Positions 15,688 to 26,343 are shown, numbered from the stretch's first letter. The stretch is 39,929 bases of DNA from an uncultured Ruminococcus sp. (GCA_947587925.1 CANPYF010000001.1:1-39929), one strand, 5' to 3'. Numbers and translations are program-made. Notes: generated by a model from the sequence alone, not told the origin.

Positions 15688-17934
15688 TCAAAAACTTATC
15701 TGTTCGGGATCGGGAAGATCTTTTGCGGCAGAACCCGCGGCAGGGATATTTTTGCAGCGGTATTTTTTCAGATTTTCGGCTTCCTCAACGGATATTGCTC
15801 TTGCGCTCAGAAGTTTGGCTTTGCCCTTTAAAGTCATTACGGCTGCCCCTATTGTCGAACGGGTGGTTTTGGGCATAAGCAGCGCAGTATTGAAAACAAG
15901 AGCGCGGTTTACCGTTGAACGCAGCAATATATCCGCGTCCTCCTCGACAAATATTGCGGCGGTTATATTTTCTTTAAGGCTCAGCGCTCCGGTGAGTTTT
16001 TTGCGGTTTGTCTTTGTCTGATATGCCGACAGCGGCACTTTTGCCGCTTTGCCGTTGGCGTAAATAAATATCATATACCCGCTGTAATCTACAGTATCGA
16101 CCATGCAGACTATATTTTCATCGTCCTCAAAGCCTAATTTTGCAGGAAGATAATCGCCCATTGCACTTGCTTTTGTTTCGGCAAACGCGCTTGCGCGCGT
16201 TTTGTAGCAGTTCGCGCCCGTTGTAAAGAAAAGCAGTTCCGAACGGTTGTTTACCTCCTTTTGCATAAATATATTATCGCCCTCTTTAAGTTTTTGGTCG
16301 GAAGACATTCTTAAAGAATTTGGAAGGATCTTCTTGAAATATCCGCTTTCGGTCAGGAAAAGCGTACATGAAAAATCGGGTATCTCCTCTTCCTCGTCGA
16401 TCTCGACAACATCTGTTTTGTAATAAAAATCCGTCCTGCGCGGCTGACCGTATTTTTTGCTTATTTCTTTAAGTTCAGCGGATATTGTCTGACGTATCTT
16501 TTTATCGCTTTGCGAAAGTTCGCGGAGTTTTTCTATCTCCTCGCTAAGTTCGTCTATATCCTTTGTACGTTTCAGGATATACTCGCGGTTTAGCTGTCTT
16601 AGCTTTATCTCCGCGACATACTCCGCTTGTACCTCGTCTATACCGAAGCCTATCATAAGATTAGGTACAACGTCTGCTTCCTCTTCCGTTTCCCTTACGA
16701 TCTTTATCGCCTTGTCAATATCGAGCAGGATCTTTTCAAGTCCCTTTAAAAGGTGCAGCCGTTCGGATTTTTTATTAAGATCAAACAGCGTGCGGCGGCG
16801 GACGCATTCTGTGCGGAAGGCTATCCATTCGTTCAGTATCTCATATACTCCCATTACCTTGGGATAGCCGTGGACAAGTATATTGAAATTACAAGAATAG
16901 GTATCTTCGAGCGGTGTCATTTTAAAAAGCTTTTGCATAAGCTTTTCCGAGTCCGTACCCTTTTTCAGATCAATAGTTATAGAAAGACCGTCAAGGTCGG
17001 TGTCATCGCGCACATTTGATATTTCTCTGAGTTTACCCGCTTTGATAAGCGCGTTTATCTTTTCTATAATAGCCTCCGCAGTCGTTGTAGCAGGTATCTG
17101 TGTTACGACGATACTGTTGCTCTTTTTATCATACTCATATTTAGCACGCAGCTTTATAGGACCTCTGCCCGTTCTGTATACGGCATCAAGAGCCTCCTCG
17201 TCATAAAGCATAAGTCCGCCGCCTGCAAAATCAGGTCCTTTAAGCGTTTCAAGCGCGTTATGAGAGGGGTCTTTCATAAGCGCGACAGCAGTTTCACATA
17301 CCTCGCTAAGATTGAAAGAGCATACGCTTGAAGCCATGGATACTCCTATACCCATATTAAGATTTACAAGTATAGATGGAAACGCGGCAGGCAGCAGCGT
17401 AGGCTCGGTAGTTTCATTATCATAATTCGGAACAAAATCCACCGTATCCTTGTCAATATCGTTAAACAGCTCGGCGCATATCGGCGTAAGCTTAGCTTCG
17501 GTATATCTTGACGCTGCAAATGACATATCGCGTGAATACGCCTTACCAAAATTTCCCTTTGAATCAACATAAGGGTGCAGCAGCGTTTCATTTCCGCGTG
17601 CAAGACGCACCATAGTTTCATAAATAGCCTGATCGCCGTGCGGATTAAGCTTCATGGTCTGTCCGACAATATTTGCCGATTTTGTCCTTGCACCTGTCAG
17701 CAGACCCATTTTATACATCGTATAAAGTATTTTTCTATGAGAGGGTTTAAAACCGTCTATTTCGGGAAATGCACGCGAAACTATAACGCTCATGGCATAC
17801 GGCATATAATTTTTTTCAAGCGTTTCTGTTATCGGTTCTTCCGCAATCGTTCCCGCACCCGCTATATAAGCGTCAGGAAACTTCTCCTTTTTACTCCTAT
17901 TCTTACCCTCATCATTCTTCCTTTTCCTACCCAT
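15688..17934 (-). CDS. parC: Type IIA topoisomerase subunit A, topoisomerase IV (ParC)-like
   Basis: 'DGFKPSHRKILY', 'PHGD', catalytic 'AASRYTE'. Short C-terminal domain with no GyrA-box, which favours ParC over GyrA. Confidence 0.85.
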   Translation of the reverse strand: MGRKRKNDEGKNRSKKEKFPDAYIAGAGTIAEEPITETLEKNYMPYAMSVIVSRAFPEIDGFKPSHRKILYTMYKMGLLTGARTKSANIVGQTMKLNPHGDQAIYETMVRLARGNETLLHPYVDSKGNFGKAYSRDMSFAASRYTEAKLTPICAELFNDIDKDTVDFVPNYDNETTEPTLLPAAFPSILVNLNMGIGVSMASSVCSFNLSEVCETAVALMKDPSHNALETLKGPDFAGGGLMLYDEEALDAVYRTGRGPIKLRAKYEYDKKSNSIVVTQIPATTTAEAIIEKINALIKAGKLREISNVRDDTDLDGLSITIDLKKGTDSEKLMQKLFKMTPLEDTYSCNFNILVHGYPKVMGVYEILNEWIAFRTECVRRRTLFDLNKKSERLHLLKGLEKILLDIDKAIKIVRETEEEADVVPNLMIGFGIDEVQAEYVAEIKLRQLNREYILKRTKDIDELSEEIEKLRELSQSDKKIRQTISAELKEISKKYGQPRRTDFYYKTDVVEIDEEEEIPDFSCTLFLTESGYFKKILPNSLRMSSDQKLKEGDNIFMQKEVNNRSELLFFTTGANCYKTRASAFAETKASAMGDYLPAKLGFEDDENIVCMVDTVDYSGYMIFIYANGKAAKVPLSAYQTKTNRKKLTGALSLKENITAAIFVEEDADILLRSTVNRALVFNTALLMPKTTRSTIGAAVMTLKGKAKLLSARAISVEEAENLKKYRCKNIPAAGSAAKDLPDPEQISF

Positions 17935-18340
17935 AAATCCTCCTTTTTTTTAGTACGCGGGGTCGCTCCGTGCCGTCGCTCGTGGTGTTTTGAGCTAACA
18001 CATTGCTGTCGCGCCTTTTACTTTGTGACCTTTATCGGATAGACTCTCTTTGTCATGCGCTAATACTTTGATGATTGACATAAGTAGCTCAAAGTGGAGT
18101 GGTCGGAGCACTCTATCGGACGTTTGTTCCCATAGCTCTATCCAACGTATTTTTAAAAATAAATTTTATATCGGCAAAAAATTTTTACTCTCCGCAAAAA
18201 TTTTTAAAAATTCAATTTTCCTCAAACGCGATACGCCTTGTAAAATCAGTCTGAAAACGTGTTATCCTAAACTTATAAAAATAAATTTTTTCAAAATAAA
18301 CGAACGCATTACAAAAAAACGTAAAACAGCCAAACCTACT

Positions 18341-18583
18341 TCAGCCCCGCCCGGATATTAGTTTTATCACCGCTGCGGCTGTGATAAGTGCGGCGGCGAG
18401 GGCGTAGCAGGCAATTAGCGAATTACGCAGTTTTTTCAGTTGCGCCGCAGCCTGTTCCGCGCTGTCCTCGGTGAATTTATCCGACCTTAGATATTTTATA
18501 AGATACACCGTAACTATCGCCGAAATAGCGATCATTATTGCCGCCAACACTAAAAACAGTATCGGCAGCCGCCCGATATTCAT
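18341..18583 (-). CDS. Small hypothetical membrane protein (2 TM helices, 80 aa)
   Basis: RBS GGAGGT upstream of the ATG; two hydrophobic segments. Confidence 0.75.
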   Translation of the reverse strand: MNIGRLPILFLVLAAIMIAISAIVTVYLIKYLRSDKFTEDSAEQAAAQLKKLRNSLIACYALAAALITAAAVIKLISGRG

Positions 18584-18654
18584 ACCGATTACCTCCCTGA
18601 TGATCGCGGTCTTGACCGCGCCGCGAAACTCCCTGCCGACCTTATCTCAAACGG

Positions 18655-20661
18655 TCAGCTTATATCCGCCATATCAAGATAATCATGACCGTATTGCGAT
18701 ATATGATCCTTCCTGCCCTGAAGATCGTCGCCAAGCAGCATATCGAACATATACGCCGTCTGTTCGGCGTCGGCAGGATTAACCTTTATCAGCCTGCGCG
18801 TCTGCGGATTCATTGTCGTAAGGCTCATCATTTCCGCTTCGTTTTCGCCAAGTCCTTTTGACCGCTGGAGCGTATATTTTTTATCGCCTATCATTTTCAG
18901 TATCTGATTTTTTTCAGCTTCATCATAAGCAAAATACGCCTTTTCCTTACCGTTCTTTTCCTTGACGGTTATTTCAAAAAGCGGCGATTCGGCAATATAC
19001 ACATAGCCCTCGTTTATAAGTGTCGGCGTCAGTCGGTAAAGCATTGTCAGCACAAGCGTGCGTATCTGGAAGCCGTCATAATCCGCATCAGTACAAATTA
19101 TAATTTTATTCCAACGCAGTCCGTTTATATTGAAATTAGAAAGATTTTTGCTTGCCTTGGTTTTAACGCCCGTGACCTCAACTCCGCAGCCGAGCACCTT
19201 TATAAGATCCGTTATTATTTCACTTTTGAAAATTTTGGCGTAATCCGCTTTAAGACAGTTCAGAATCTTTCCGCGTATAGGTATGACCGCCTGAAATTCC
19301 GCGTTGCGTGCCATTTTTACAGAACCGAGCGCAGAATCGCCCTCAACGATATACAATTCGCGAATACTCACGTCCTTTGAACGGCAGTCGTTGAATTTTT
19401 GTACCTGATTTGCAAGGTCGCTGCCTGCCGAAAGAGCCTTTTTAAGATCAAGTCTGCTTACCTCTGCTTTTTCTCGGCTGCGCTTATTTATCAGCACCTG
19501 ATCACATATTTTTGCGGCTTCGTCAGGTTTTTCGATAAAGTATATCTCAAGATTATGGCGCAGAAATTCATTCATGCAATCCTTTATAAACTTATTTGAG
19601 ATCGCCTTTTTAGTCTGATTCTCATAAGATGCCATAGTCGAGAATGAGCTTGAAACGAGAACAAGACATTCGTCTATATCGGCAAAAACGATAGGTTTTT
19701 CATTCTTGTTATATTTTCCGTTGCTTTTGAGATAATTGTTTATCGTATAGGTAAACGCAAGCTTTACCGCGTCCTCGGGCGAACCGCCGTGTTCCAGAAA
19801 ACTTGAATTGTGAAAATACTGCGTACCGTGCAGCTTGTTTGAAAATGTAAATGCGACCGAAAGCTTTACCTTATAATCCTCCTTGTCACTTCTGTCCCTT
19901 CCGACTCTTTCGCCTTCAAAATACTGTACCGACGTCATAGCCCTGTCGCTTGCTATTTCGCTTACAAAATCGCTTATGCCGTGTTCATAAAAATATTTCT
20001 GCTCGTCAAAGCCGCCGTCTGAACGTTCATTTCTGAAAAGAAATTCCACACCCGGGTTGACGACCGCCTGTTTTTTAAGCGTATCCTCAAAAAAATCAGA
20101 TGAAATATTTGTATCGGAAAAAACCTCGAGATCGGGCTTCCAGCGCTGTATAGTACCCGTGCGTCTGCCTTTATAGGGCTTTTTTGAAAGTCCGCCGATA
20201 TTTTCGCCCTTTTCAAAATGCAGCTTGTATTCATATCCGTCCCTGTAAACGGTAACGTCCATGTATTCGCTTGAATATTGCGTTGCGCAGGCTCCGAGTC
20301 CGTTAAGACCGAGCGAATATTCATAATTTTCTCCGCCGTTATTGTTATACTTTCCGCCCGCGTAAAGCTCGCAATAGACAAGTTCCCAGTTATACCGCTG
20401 TTGGGCGTTGTTAAAATCAACGGGACAGCCGCGTCCGAAATCCTCTACTTCATAGCTGCCGTCAGAATATTTTGTAAGGACTATCCTGCTGCCGTATCCG
20501 TCGCGTGCCTCGTCTATTGAATTGGCAAGGATCTCCAACACCGTATGACGGCAGCCCTCTATACCGTCAGAGCCGAGTATTGCCGCAGGACGTTTTCTTA
20601 CTCTGTCCGCGCCCTCAAGCACCTCTATAGATTCGTTGTTATATTCCTTTTTTCTTGCCAT
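18655..20661 (-). CDS. parE: Type IIA topoisomerase subunit B, topoisomerase IV (ParE)-like
   Basis: GHKL ATPase 'EILANSIDE', 'DFGRG', 'GLNGLG'; TOPRIM 'EGDSA', 'PIRGKILN', 'DADYDG', 'KGLGE'. Confidence 0.85.
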   Translation of the reverse strand: MARKKEYNNESIEVLEGADRVRKRPAAILGSDGIEGCRHTVLEILANSIDEARDGYGSRIVLTKYSDGSYEVEDFGRGCPVDFNNAQQRYNWELVYCELYAGGKYNNNGGENYEYSLGLNGLGACATQYSSEYMDVTVYRDGYEYKLHFEKGENIGGLSKKPYKGRRTGTIQRWKPDLEVFSDTNISSDFFEDTLKKQAVVNPGVEFLFRNERSDGGFDEQKYFYEHGISDFVSEIASDRAMTSVQYFEGERVGRDRSDKEDYKVKLSVAFTFSNKLHGTQYFHNSSFLEHGGSPEDAVKLAFTYTINNYLKSNGKYNKNEKPIVFADIDECLVLVSSSFSTMASYENQTKKAISNKFIKDCMNEFLRHNLEIYFIEKPDEAAKICDQVLINKRSREKAEVSRLDLKKALSAGSDLANQVQKFNDCRSKDVSIRELYIVEGDSALGSVKMARNAEFQAVIPIRGKILNCLKADYAKIFKSEIITDLIKVLGCGVEVTGVKTKASKNLSNFNINGLRWNKIIICTDADYDGFQIRTLVLTMLYRLTPTLINEGYVYIAESPLFEITVKEKNGKEKAYFAYDEAEKNQILKMIGDKKYTLQRSKGLGENEAEMMSLTTMNPQTRRLIKVNPADAEQTAYMFDMLLGDDLQGRKDHISQYGHDYLDMADIS

Positions 20662-20735
20662 TTTGCCTAACTCTTTCCTTTCTTATCATTTGATATATTA
20701 AAATCGTGAGTATCTGATGACCCGCATACTTTTTA

Positions 20736-20764
20736 ATTATAGCACCAAAAAAAGTTTTTGTCAA
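20736..20764 (-). promoter_or_regulatory. Sigma-A promoter of parE
   Basis: TTGACA-17 bp-TATAAT with extended TG. Confidence 0.7.
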
Positions 20765-20856
20765 CTTTTTCATTTAAAGATACATGAAAATCAATTTTGT
20801 CAAGAAGTATAGTGTTTCAGTTCCCTCCCCCACCGCCTGACATTTTAAGGCTGCTG

Positions 20857-21954
20857 TCAGATAAAACGGTTGTTCAGCAGCTGCATACAATCTCTTTTTC
20901 TTTCAAACGATGAATGGACATAGCGGTTAAGCGTAAGCTCGACCGAGCTGTGTCCGAGTATCTCCGAAAGCGTTTTTACATCAAAACCAATTGCAATGCA
21001 ATTGGTTGCAAAGGTATGACGCAGCGAATGAAAAGAATAATCGGGCAGCGACAGCCTTTTTAAAATAGATTTAAAACGATACTGCATCGTGCGCGGCTCT
21101 GTAAAATTTTTTCTTCCGGTCAGAAAATAATTATCGTCATCACTTTTCAGATCATTTAAAATATCTATCAGCAGATCGGGGATAGGTATATCCCTCGCCG
21201 AGGTCTCACTTTTCGGCGCACCTATCAGTATTTTAGTCCCGTTTTCCTCATTCAGGTCCTTTATCCTCTGTATCGTTTGATCAACGGTCAGTATCCGCTT
21301 ATCAAGGTCGATATCCGACCATTTCAAAGCGCACAGTTCTCCTAAACGTATACCCATCAAAAGCGACATAAGTATGCCGACATTTGAATTGCTGCGATTT
21401 TCTGTAAGATATTTAACAAGCGTTTTTTGCTGATCGGCGTCTAAAATATAATTATCCTTATATTTTTTCTCCCTCGGAACGACCAGAAATTCGGCTTTAT
21501 CAACATAATTGAACGTTCTTCTTGCAAATTTAGTTATAGATTTTATTACGTTGACAATATCCGAAATATACTTTGAGGAAAGTTCCTCCGATCTTTTCTG
21601 CGAAATAAATTCATTGAATGTGTTCAGCGTAAGATTTTCATATTTTATATTGCCCAAAAAAGGCAATATATGCTTATTCAGTTTTATATAATAATTGATA
21701 TATGTAGATTCCTTGACGGTATTTTTCACCCCCTTCATCCATATATCCGCAAGTTCACCGAATGTTGCGCGGCAATGTACGGCATTATTCTGCACCTCAC
21801 TGCGCTTTCTTATCAGCTGTGCTCTCACCTCGCTGTAGCTTTTTCCGTATACCGATGAATACTTCGCCTCACCGTTATCCCTGCAGCCGTTTTTATATCT
21901 TCCTTCCCACCTGCCGTCCTTGCGTTTGTAAATGTTTTCTCCATGTCTTGCCAT
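20857..21954 (-). CDS. Tyrosine recombinase / site-specific integrase
   Basis: N-terminal arm-binding-like 'IYKRKDGRWEGRY'; catalytic residues R ('GIRLGE'), K ('APKS'), HxLRH, 'LGH' and Y ('NRYVH') all present. Adjacent to the 3' end of tRNA-Thr. Confidence 0.93.
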   Translation of the reverse strand: MARHGENIYKRKDGRWEGRYKNGCRDNGEAKYSSVYGKSYSEVRAQLIRKRSEVQNNAVHCRATFGELADIWMKGVKNTVKESTYINYYIKLNKHILPFLGNIKYENLTLNTFNEFISQKRSEELSSKYISDIVNVIKSITKFARRTFNYVDKAEFLVVPREKKYKDNYILDADQQKTLVKYLTENRSNSNVGILMSLLMGIRLGELCALKWSDIDLDKRILTVDQTIQRIKDLNEENGTKILIGAPKSETSARDIPIPDLLIDILNDLKSDDDNYFLTGRKNFTEPRTMQYRFKSILKRLSLPDYSFHSLRHTFATNCIAIGFDVKTLSEILGHSSVELTLNRYVHSSFERKRDCMQLLNNRFI

Positions 21955-22241
21955 AAAGATCTCTCCGTTCTAATATTATTCTGACGGCTGAAATCTTAAA
22001 ATAAATATAAATTCCGCCGCCATATATATTTTCTCATACTTTTGTTAAATGTATTTATGGCTTTGCGTTATCGGAAATAATTTTTTTAATTACGGCCGGC
22101 ATAACGGAGCATATTTATCAAAAAAGCCGCGGCTAAGCGCGGCAAAAGGTTTGAATATTTTGGAGGTGAGTAAATTATGCACAATATTACGCACAGTTGA
22201 AGGGAGTTTGCAGTATTTAAAAATAATTTTCGAGCAAAAAA

Positions 22242-22285
22242 TAAAACCCCCGACTTTCAAAACACGTTGAAAATCAAGGGTTTTA
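22242..22285. terminator. Terminator hairpin after tRNA-Thr
   Basis: TAAAACCC…TTTCAA / TTGAAA…GGGTTTTA imperfect inverted repeat. Confidence 0.6.
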
Positions 22286-22289
22286 CGCA

Positions 22290-22362
<73 letters not shown>

Positions 22363-22482
22363 AGCTGAGTTTGGAATAACTCACAGTTATATATTATACA
22401 CTATTTAAAGGGATTTGTCAATAAGAAAAAGCTGTAATTATGTAAAAAAAGTGTGAACAAACGCCCTTGTTATGTAATATCG

Positions 22483-24258
22483 TTACGCTTGCGGCGGGGT
22501 ATAAGGGGTGCATATGGTATAATATACCATTATTGATAACATTACGAATATGACAGATGCCGCAAGGTATACCGCACCTATAGTCTTTTCGGCTTTGTAT
22601 GATATTTTTTCTCCTATCTGCTTTATCAGCAGTCCGAAAAACAGTGTACATATTATCACAGTCGGGGTTATGTATCTGAAATTCATCGTGCAAGTAAAGG
22701 GGTAATCATATGCCATTTTATAAAAATAGACCATAAGCTCGAAGTAAAATACCGCAAGAAAAGTCTTCTGCATTCCGTACCCTTTTGTTTTTACAAAAAG
22801 ACAGATAATGAGCGCGGCAAGACAGACTGCCGCAAGTATCGCTGAAAAATAGAAAAATACAGTGCATACCTTTATCATGATAGGCTGGACGAAATTATTC
22901 TCGTTGACAGCTTCGCCAAAAAGAGAATTTTTCAGCAGCGCGATAAGCGGATTATATTCGTTATACCCGCCGAGGTTGCCGTTTTCATCAATATATGACC
23001 ATTGTTCAAAAACGCTTTTGAACTGCATGGGCGAAAAATCAGTAATACGGTCCTTAAAGCTTTTTGAACCGATATATTGAAAGACCGTTTCGTCCATTTC
23101 CTGAACGTAGGTTATCGGCACCTTCCACTTTATATAATTTCTTATCTCATACCAAAGTCCGAGGGGAGCGCATACTGCCCCGAAGGCTGCGAATTGTCCG
23201 AACAGCCTTGCGCCGTCAGTACGGAATTTTTTAATAAATACTATCAGAAAAACTAAAGCTATGGGAGGAGCAACGACAGCCGCCGCAAGTTTGGACATCA
23301 TTGCAAGACCGATACACAGCGATATTTTCATTATCTCTTTAAGCGTCGGAGCACTGTACCAGCGAAGCGTACACAGCACCGCGCCCATCATAAGGGCGAT
23401 CGAAAGCACATCATTGTTTATGCTTCCCGAAAGCAGTATGAATGACGGATGAAAACTTATTATCAGCAGCGGAGCATAAAGAGCAGCCCCCTCGAGCCTA
23501 AAATAACGCAGTATCTTATAGGCGGTTATTATTATCGCCATTGAATAAAAAAGCGTAAGCGTCTGGAGGGATTCGCGTGCTGGATCATAGCCTATGCCCA
23601 ATATTTTTTCGTTTACATATATCCATATCGAGCAAATTATATGATGAAGCGGAGGGTGACTGAACGACCAGACGTCCCTTACGTCAAAATCGGGCAGATG
23701 TTTATTGTTGATAAGATACTCTATATATCCCGCGTGACCGTTTCCGCCGTAAAACGTGTGAACGTCATTCTGACGGGTATATACCGATGTGGAATAAACA
23801 TAATAAAATTTGAGCATAAAGCTCACCGCCATTATCATCAGCGAAAAAAGCTGCGCTTTAAAGCGTTTGGTATTTGAAAAATAATACAGCGCTAAAATAA
23901 TAAGGCAGCCGCCGATAAACAGCCATGAGCCTTTATTATTTGAAGCGGAAAATTTGACCGTCAGAAAAAAATTTATACAGAAAAATACCGCCGAGGATAT
24001 ATAAGCAGCCGCTAAGGATATTTTTTGCGATCTGAACAAATTATATATAATGAAAAATCCTGCCGCAAGAAAGAGCGTTGTTTCTATCAGCAATGCGTTG
24101 GCAGGAACATTTTCATCAGCACCGAGATAAAACGGGTGTAACAGCAGACAGGCGATCAGCGTCCACAGATACGGGTGCTTTGCCAAAGAGGATATAACTG
24201 CGTCAACGGTCTTTTCGTTTATAGCGATAGGAGATTTATCAGCCTTGCTTTTGCTCAT
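22483..24258 (-). CDS. GT-C fold integral membrane glycosyltransferase (ArnT/PMT-like)
   Basis: Many TM helices; loop 'RQND…GH..YIEY', 'HPPLHH', 'SINND', 'GLAMMSK', 'NFRY'. Confidence 0.8.
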   Translation of the reverse strand: MSKSKADKSPIAINEKTVDAVISSLAKHPYLWTLIACLLLHPFYLGADENVPANALLIETTLFLAAGFFIIYNLFRSQKISLAAAYISSAVFFCINFFLTVKFSASNNKGSWLFIGGCLIILALYYFSNTKRFKAQLFSLMIMAVSFMLKFYYVYSTSVYTRQNDVHTFYGGNGHAGYIEYLINNKHLPDFDVRDVWSFSHPPLHHIICSIWIYVNEKILGIGYDPARESLQTLTLFYSMAIIITAYKILRYFRLEGAALYAPLLIISFHPSFILLSGSINNDVLSIALMMGAVLCTLRWYSAPTLKEIMKISLCIGLAMMSKLAAAVVAPPIALVFLIVFIKKFRTDGARLFGQFAAFGAVCAPLGLWYEIRNYIKWKVPITYVQEMDETVFQYIGSKSFKDRITDFSPMQFKSVFEQWSYIDENGNLGGYNEYNPLIALLKNSLFGEAVNENNFVQPIMIKVCTVFFYFSAILAAVCLAALIICLFVKTKGYGMQKTFLAVFYFELMVYFYKMAYDYPFTCTMNFRYITPTVIICTLFFGLLIKQIGEKISYKAEKTIGAVYLAASVIFVMLSIMVYYTICTPYTPPQA

Positions 24259-25801
24259 GATATTCTTTCTCCGTATTGACGTTCCAGATATTTGATTTAT
24301 CTAAACTGCCGTTTTTAATGGCTTCTGCGGCGTTGATAGCGGTAAGCATAGAGTGATCCATGTTGTTATAGCGGTGCTGACCGTTTCTTCCTACGCAGAA
24401 CAGATTGTCAAATCTGTTGAGATATGATACTATTTTGTCAAAATGCTTGTATGTATCAAAATATGCGGGATAAGCCTTTTTGATTTTTTCGCGGTGTGCG
24501 TCAAGCACTGAGCTTTCTTTGATAACTCCCATTTTGACAAGTTCTTTTTTGGCAAATTCTATGCAGTCTTCATCTGTCATGTTCCAGAACTCATCGCCCT
24601 CGTCGCAGAAATATTCAAGACCTATCCATACCGTTTCTTCGGGCTTCGCCACCATATACGGCGACCAGTTATTGAATATCTGTATCCTGCCGAGCTTGAC
24701 TCCCTTGTCCTGAACGTATATCCAACAATCGGGAACTATGTTGCCGAGAGTCTTTTTATCTGTTTTATTGACAAGTTCCAATTTGTTTACAAGAAGTCCC
24801 ACCGTAACAAAATCGCGGTAAGGCAGTCCTGCGGCTATCTTCTTGATCTTATCGCACTTTACGCCCTCTAATCCGCCTATCAGATCCTTTACAGGCATGG
24901 AGGATATGAATATATCGCCGCTTATTTCCTTTTCGCCGTCAGCGGTATCGCAGACAACGGATGTTATATTTTTGCCGTCTGTCTTAATGCGTTTTACGGC
25001 GTAGCCGTGCAGTATCTCTCCGCCCGATCCTGTCACCTTGGAAGCGACAAGTTCCCATAATTGTCCCGGACCGTATTTCGGATACCAGAATTGCTCTATA
25101 AGCGATGTTTCGGCATTTTTATTATTTTTTATTCCGAATAATTTGGAAAGCATATCCTTTATAATAGCTGTGATAGACAGACCCTTGACGCGCTGAGCGC
25201 CCCAATCGGCAGATATCTCGCTCGGGTGTCTGCCCCAGAGTTTGCGGGTATAGCCTTCAAAAAACATGGAATACAGCACCTTGCCAAAGCGGTTGATATA
25301 AAAATTTTCAAGATTTGTTTCAGGTCTTTTAAATATGCTGCCTGCAATATAGCTCATTCCCGCCTTTGCGGTAGTTATAAGACCCATATTTTTGATAGTT
25401 TCGGCATTCATGGTTACAGGATAATCAAAAAACTTATGATCGTAATAAATGCGTGAAACTCGCTCCCTCAGCAGCATTACATTATCCTCCGCTTCGGGAT
25501 CGGGACCATTTTTCTCAAACGTCTTTTTGCGGTCAAGCACCTTATCATCATAAGCGGGTCTTCCCTGAACGGGCATCAGCTGACTCCACCAATCCATAAT
25601 AGTATCGTCCTTGGAGAAAAATCTGTGACCGCCGATATCCATTCTGTTGCCGTGATAGCGCACTGTCTGAGAAATGCCGCCTATTCTGTCAGACGCTTCA
25701 AGCACCGTTACTTTGTAATTATCGGAACCGTTATTTTTCAGCAGTTCATAAGCCGCCGTAAGTCCCGCAGGACCTGCTCCGATTATTACCACATTCTTCA
25801 T
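24239..25801 (-). CDS. FAD-dependent oxidoreductase, HemY/UDP-galactopyranose mutase-like
   Basis: '[12 protein letters not shown]', 'GGISQT', 'DIGGHRFFS', '[12 protein letters not shown]', 'AYP', '[14 protein letters not shown]'. Start could instead be 25819. Confidence 0.85.
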   Translation of the reverse strand: MKNVVIIGAGPAGLTAAYELLKNNGSDNYKVTVLEASDRIGGISQTVRYHGNRMDIGGHRFFSKDDTIMDWWSQLMPVQGRPAYDDKVLDRKKTFEKNGPDPEAEDNVMLLRERVSRIYYDHKFFDYPVTMNAETIKNMGLITTAKAGMSYIAGSIFKRPETNLENFYINRFGKVLYSMFFEGYTRKLWGRHPSEISADWGAQRVKGLSITAIIKDMLSKLFGIKNNKNAETSLIEQFWYPKYGPGQLWELVASKVTGSGGEILHGYAVKRIKTDGKNITSVVCDTADGEKEISGDIFISSMPVKDLIGGLEGVKCDKIKKIAAGLPYRDFVTVGLLVNKLELVNKTDKKTLGNIVPDCWIYVQDKGVKLGRIQIFNNWSPYMVAKPEETVWIGLEYFCDEGDEFWNMTDEDCIEFAKKELVKMGVIKESSVLDAHREKIKKAYPAYFDTYKHFDKIVSYLNRFDNLFCVGRNGQHRYNNMDHSMLTAINAAEAIKNGSLDKSNIWNVNTEKEYHEQKQG

Positions 25802-25818
25802 TTTGCTACATCTCCTCA

Positions 25819-26294
25819 TTATTGTTTTTTATTAAAAAGAAAGTATTTTCTTGCAAAGAAATTCCAGAAAAATACAACGCCTGTTGCTATTACCTGTCCG
25901 ATCGCATAATATTTATTAGTAGGGATAAAATCGGGCAAAACGGCGTTTTTTGCCATAGGCTTATCAAAAAGCCATACTATGGCTTCTGTTGCACCTATTC
26001 CCACAACTCCGATAAGCGCAAATGCGCCGAATTCGGCAGTTTTATTTTTTAATGCAGATCTTTTTCTGTCAAATATGCAGATATTATGTAATTTACCGCA
26101 AGTCCGCCCAAAAAGCCGAAAAAGGTCGAAATATTCGGATCAACTCCGAATATCTCGGTAAGTGCGAACAATATAGCATATTGAACTATCGTTGCGCCGC
26201 CCCCGACAAAAATATATCGAAAAAACTGAACAAACGTACTGTCAGTCTTTCCGCTCACGATTTTTTTAAGCTGCAAAATGCCGCCGCCTTTCAT
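25819..26294 (-). pseudogene. gtrA: GtrA-family flippase split by a frameshift
   Basis: 5' frame 'VQFFRYIFVGGGAT…NYIISAY' switches at about 26071-26075 to 'FDRKRSALKNKTAEFGAFALIGVVG…FFWNFFARKYFLF'. Both halves are typical GtrA. Confidence 0.85.
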
Positions 26295-26314
26295 ATTCTT
26301 TTATGTTTATTTAC

Positions 26315-26343
26315 ATTATAGCATATGTTCCGACAAATTTCAA
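26315..26343 (-). promoter_or_regulatory. Sigma-A promoter of the gtrA operon
   Basis: TTGAAA-17 bp-TATAAT with extended TG. Confidence 0.6.

Noticed and set aside
18050-18361. 103-aa plus-strand ORF in the parE-parC spacer
   Set aside because: No RBS, low-complexity AT-rich translation, and it overlaps the structured element.
15688-20661. Calling the topoisomerase pair gyrA/gyrB
   Set aside because: No GyrA-box, a short C-terminal domain and no dnaA-recF context; ParC/ParE-like is preferred, though not proven.
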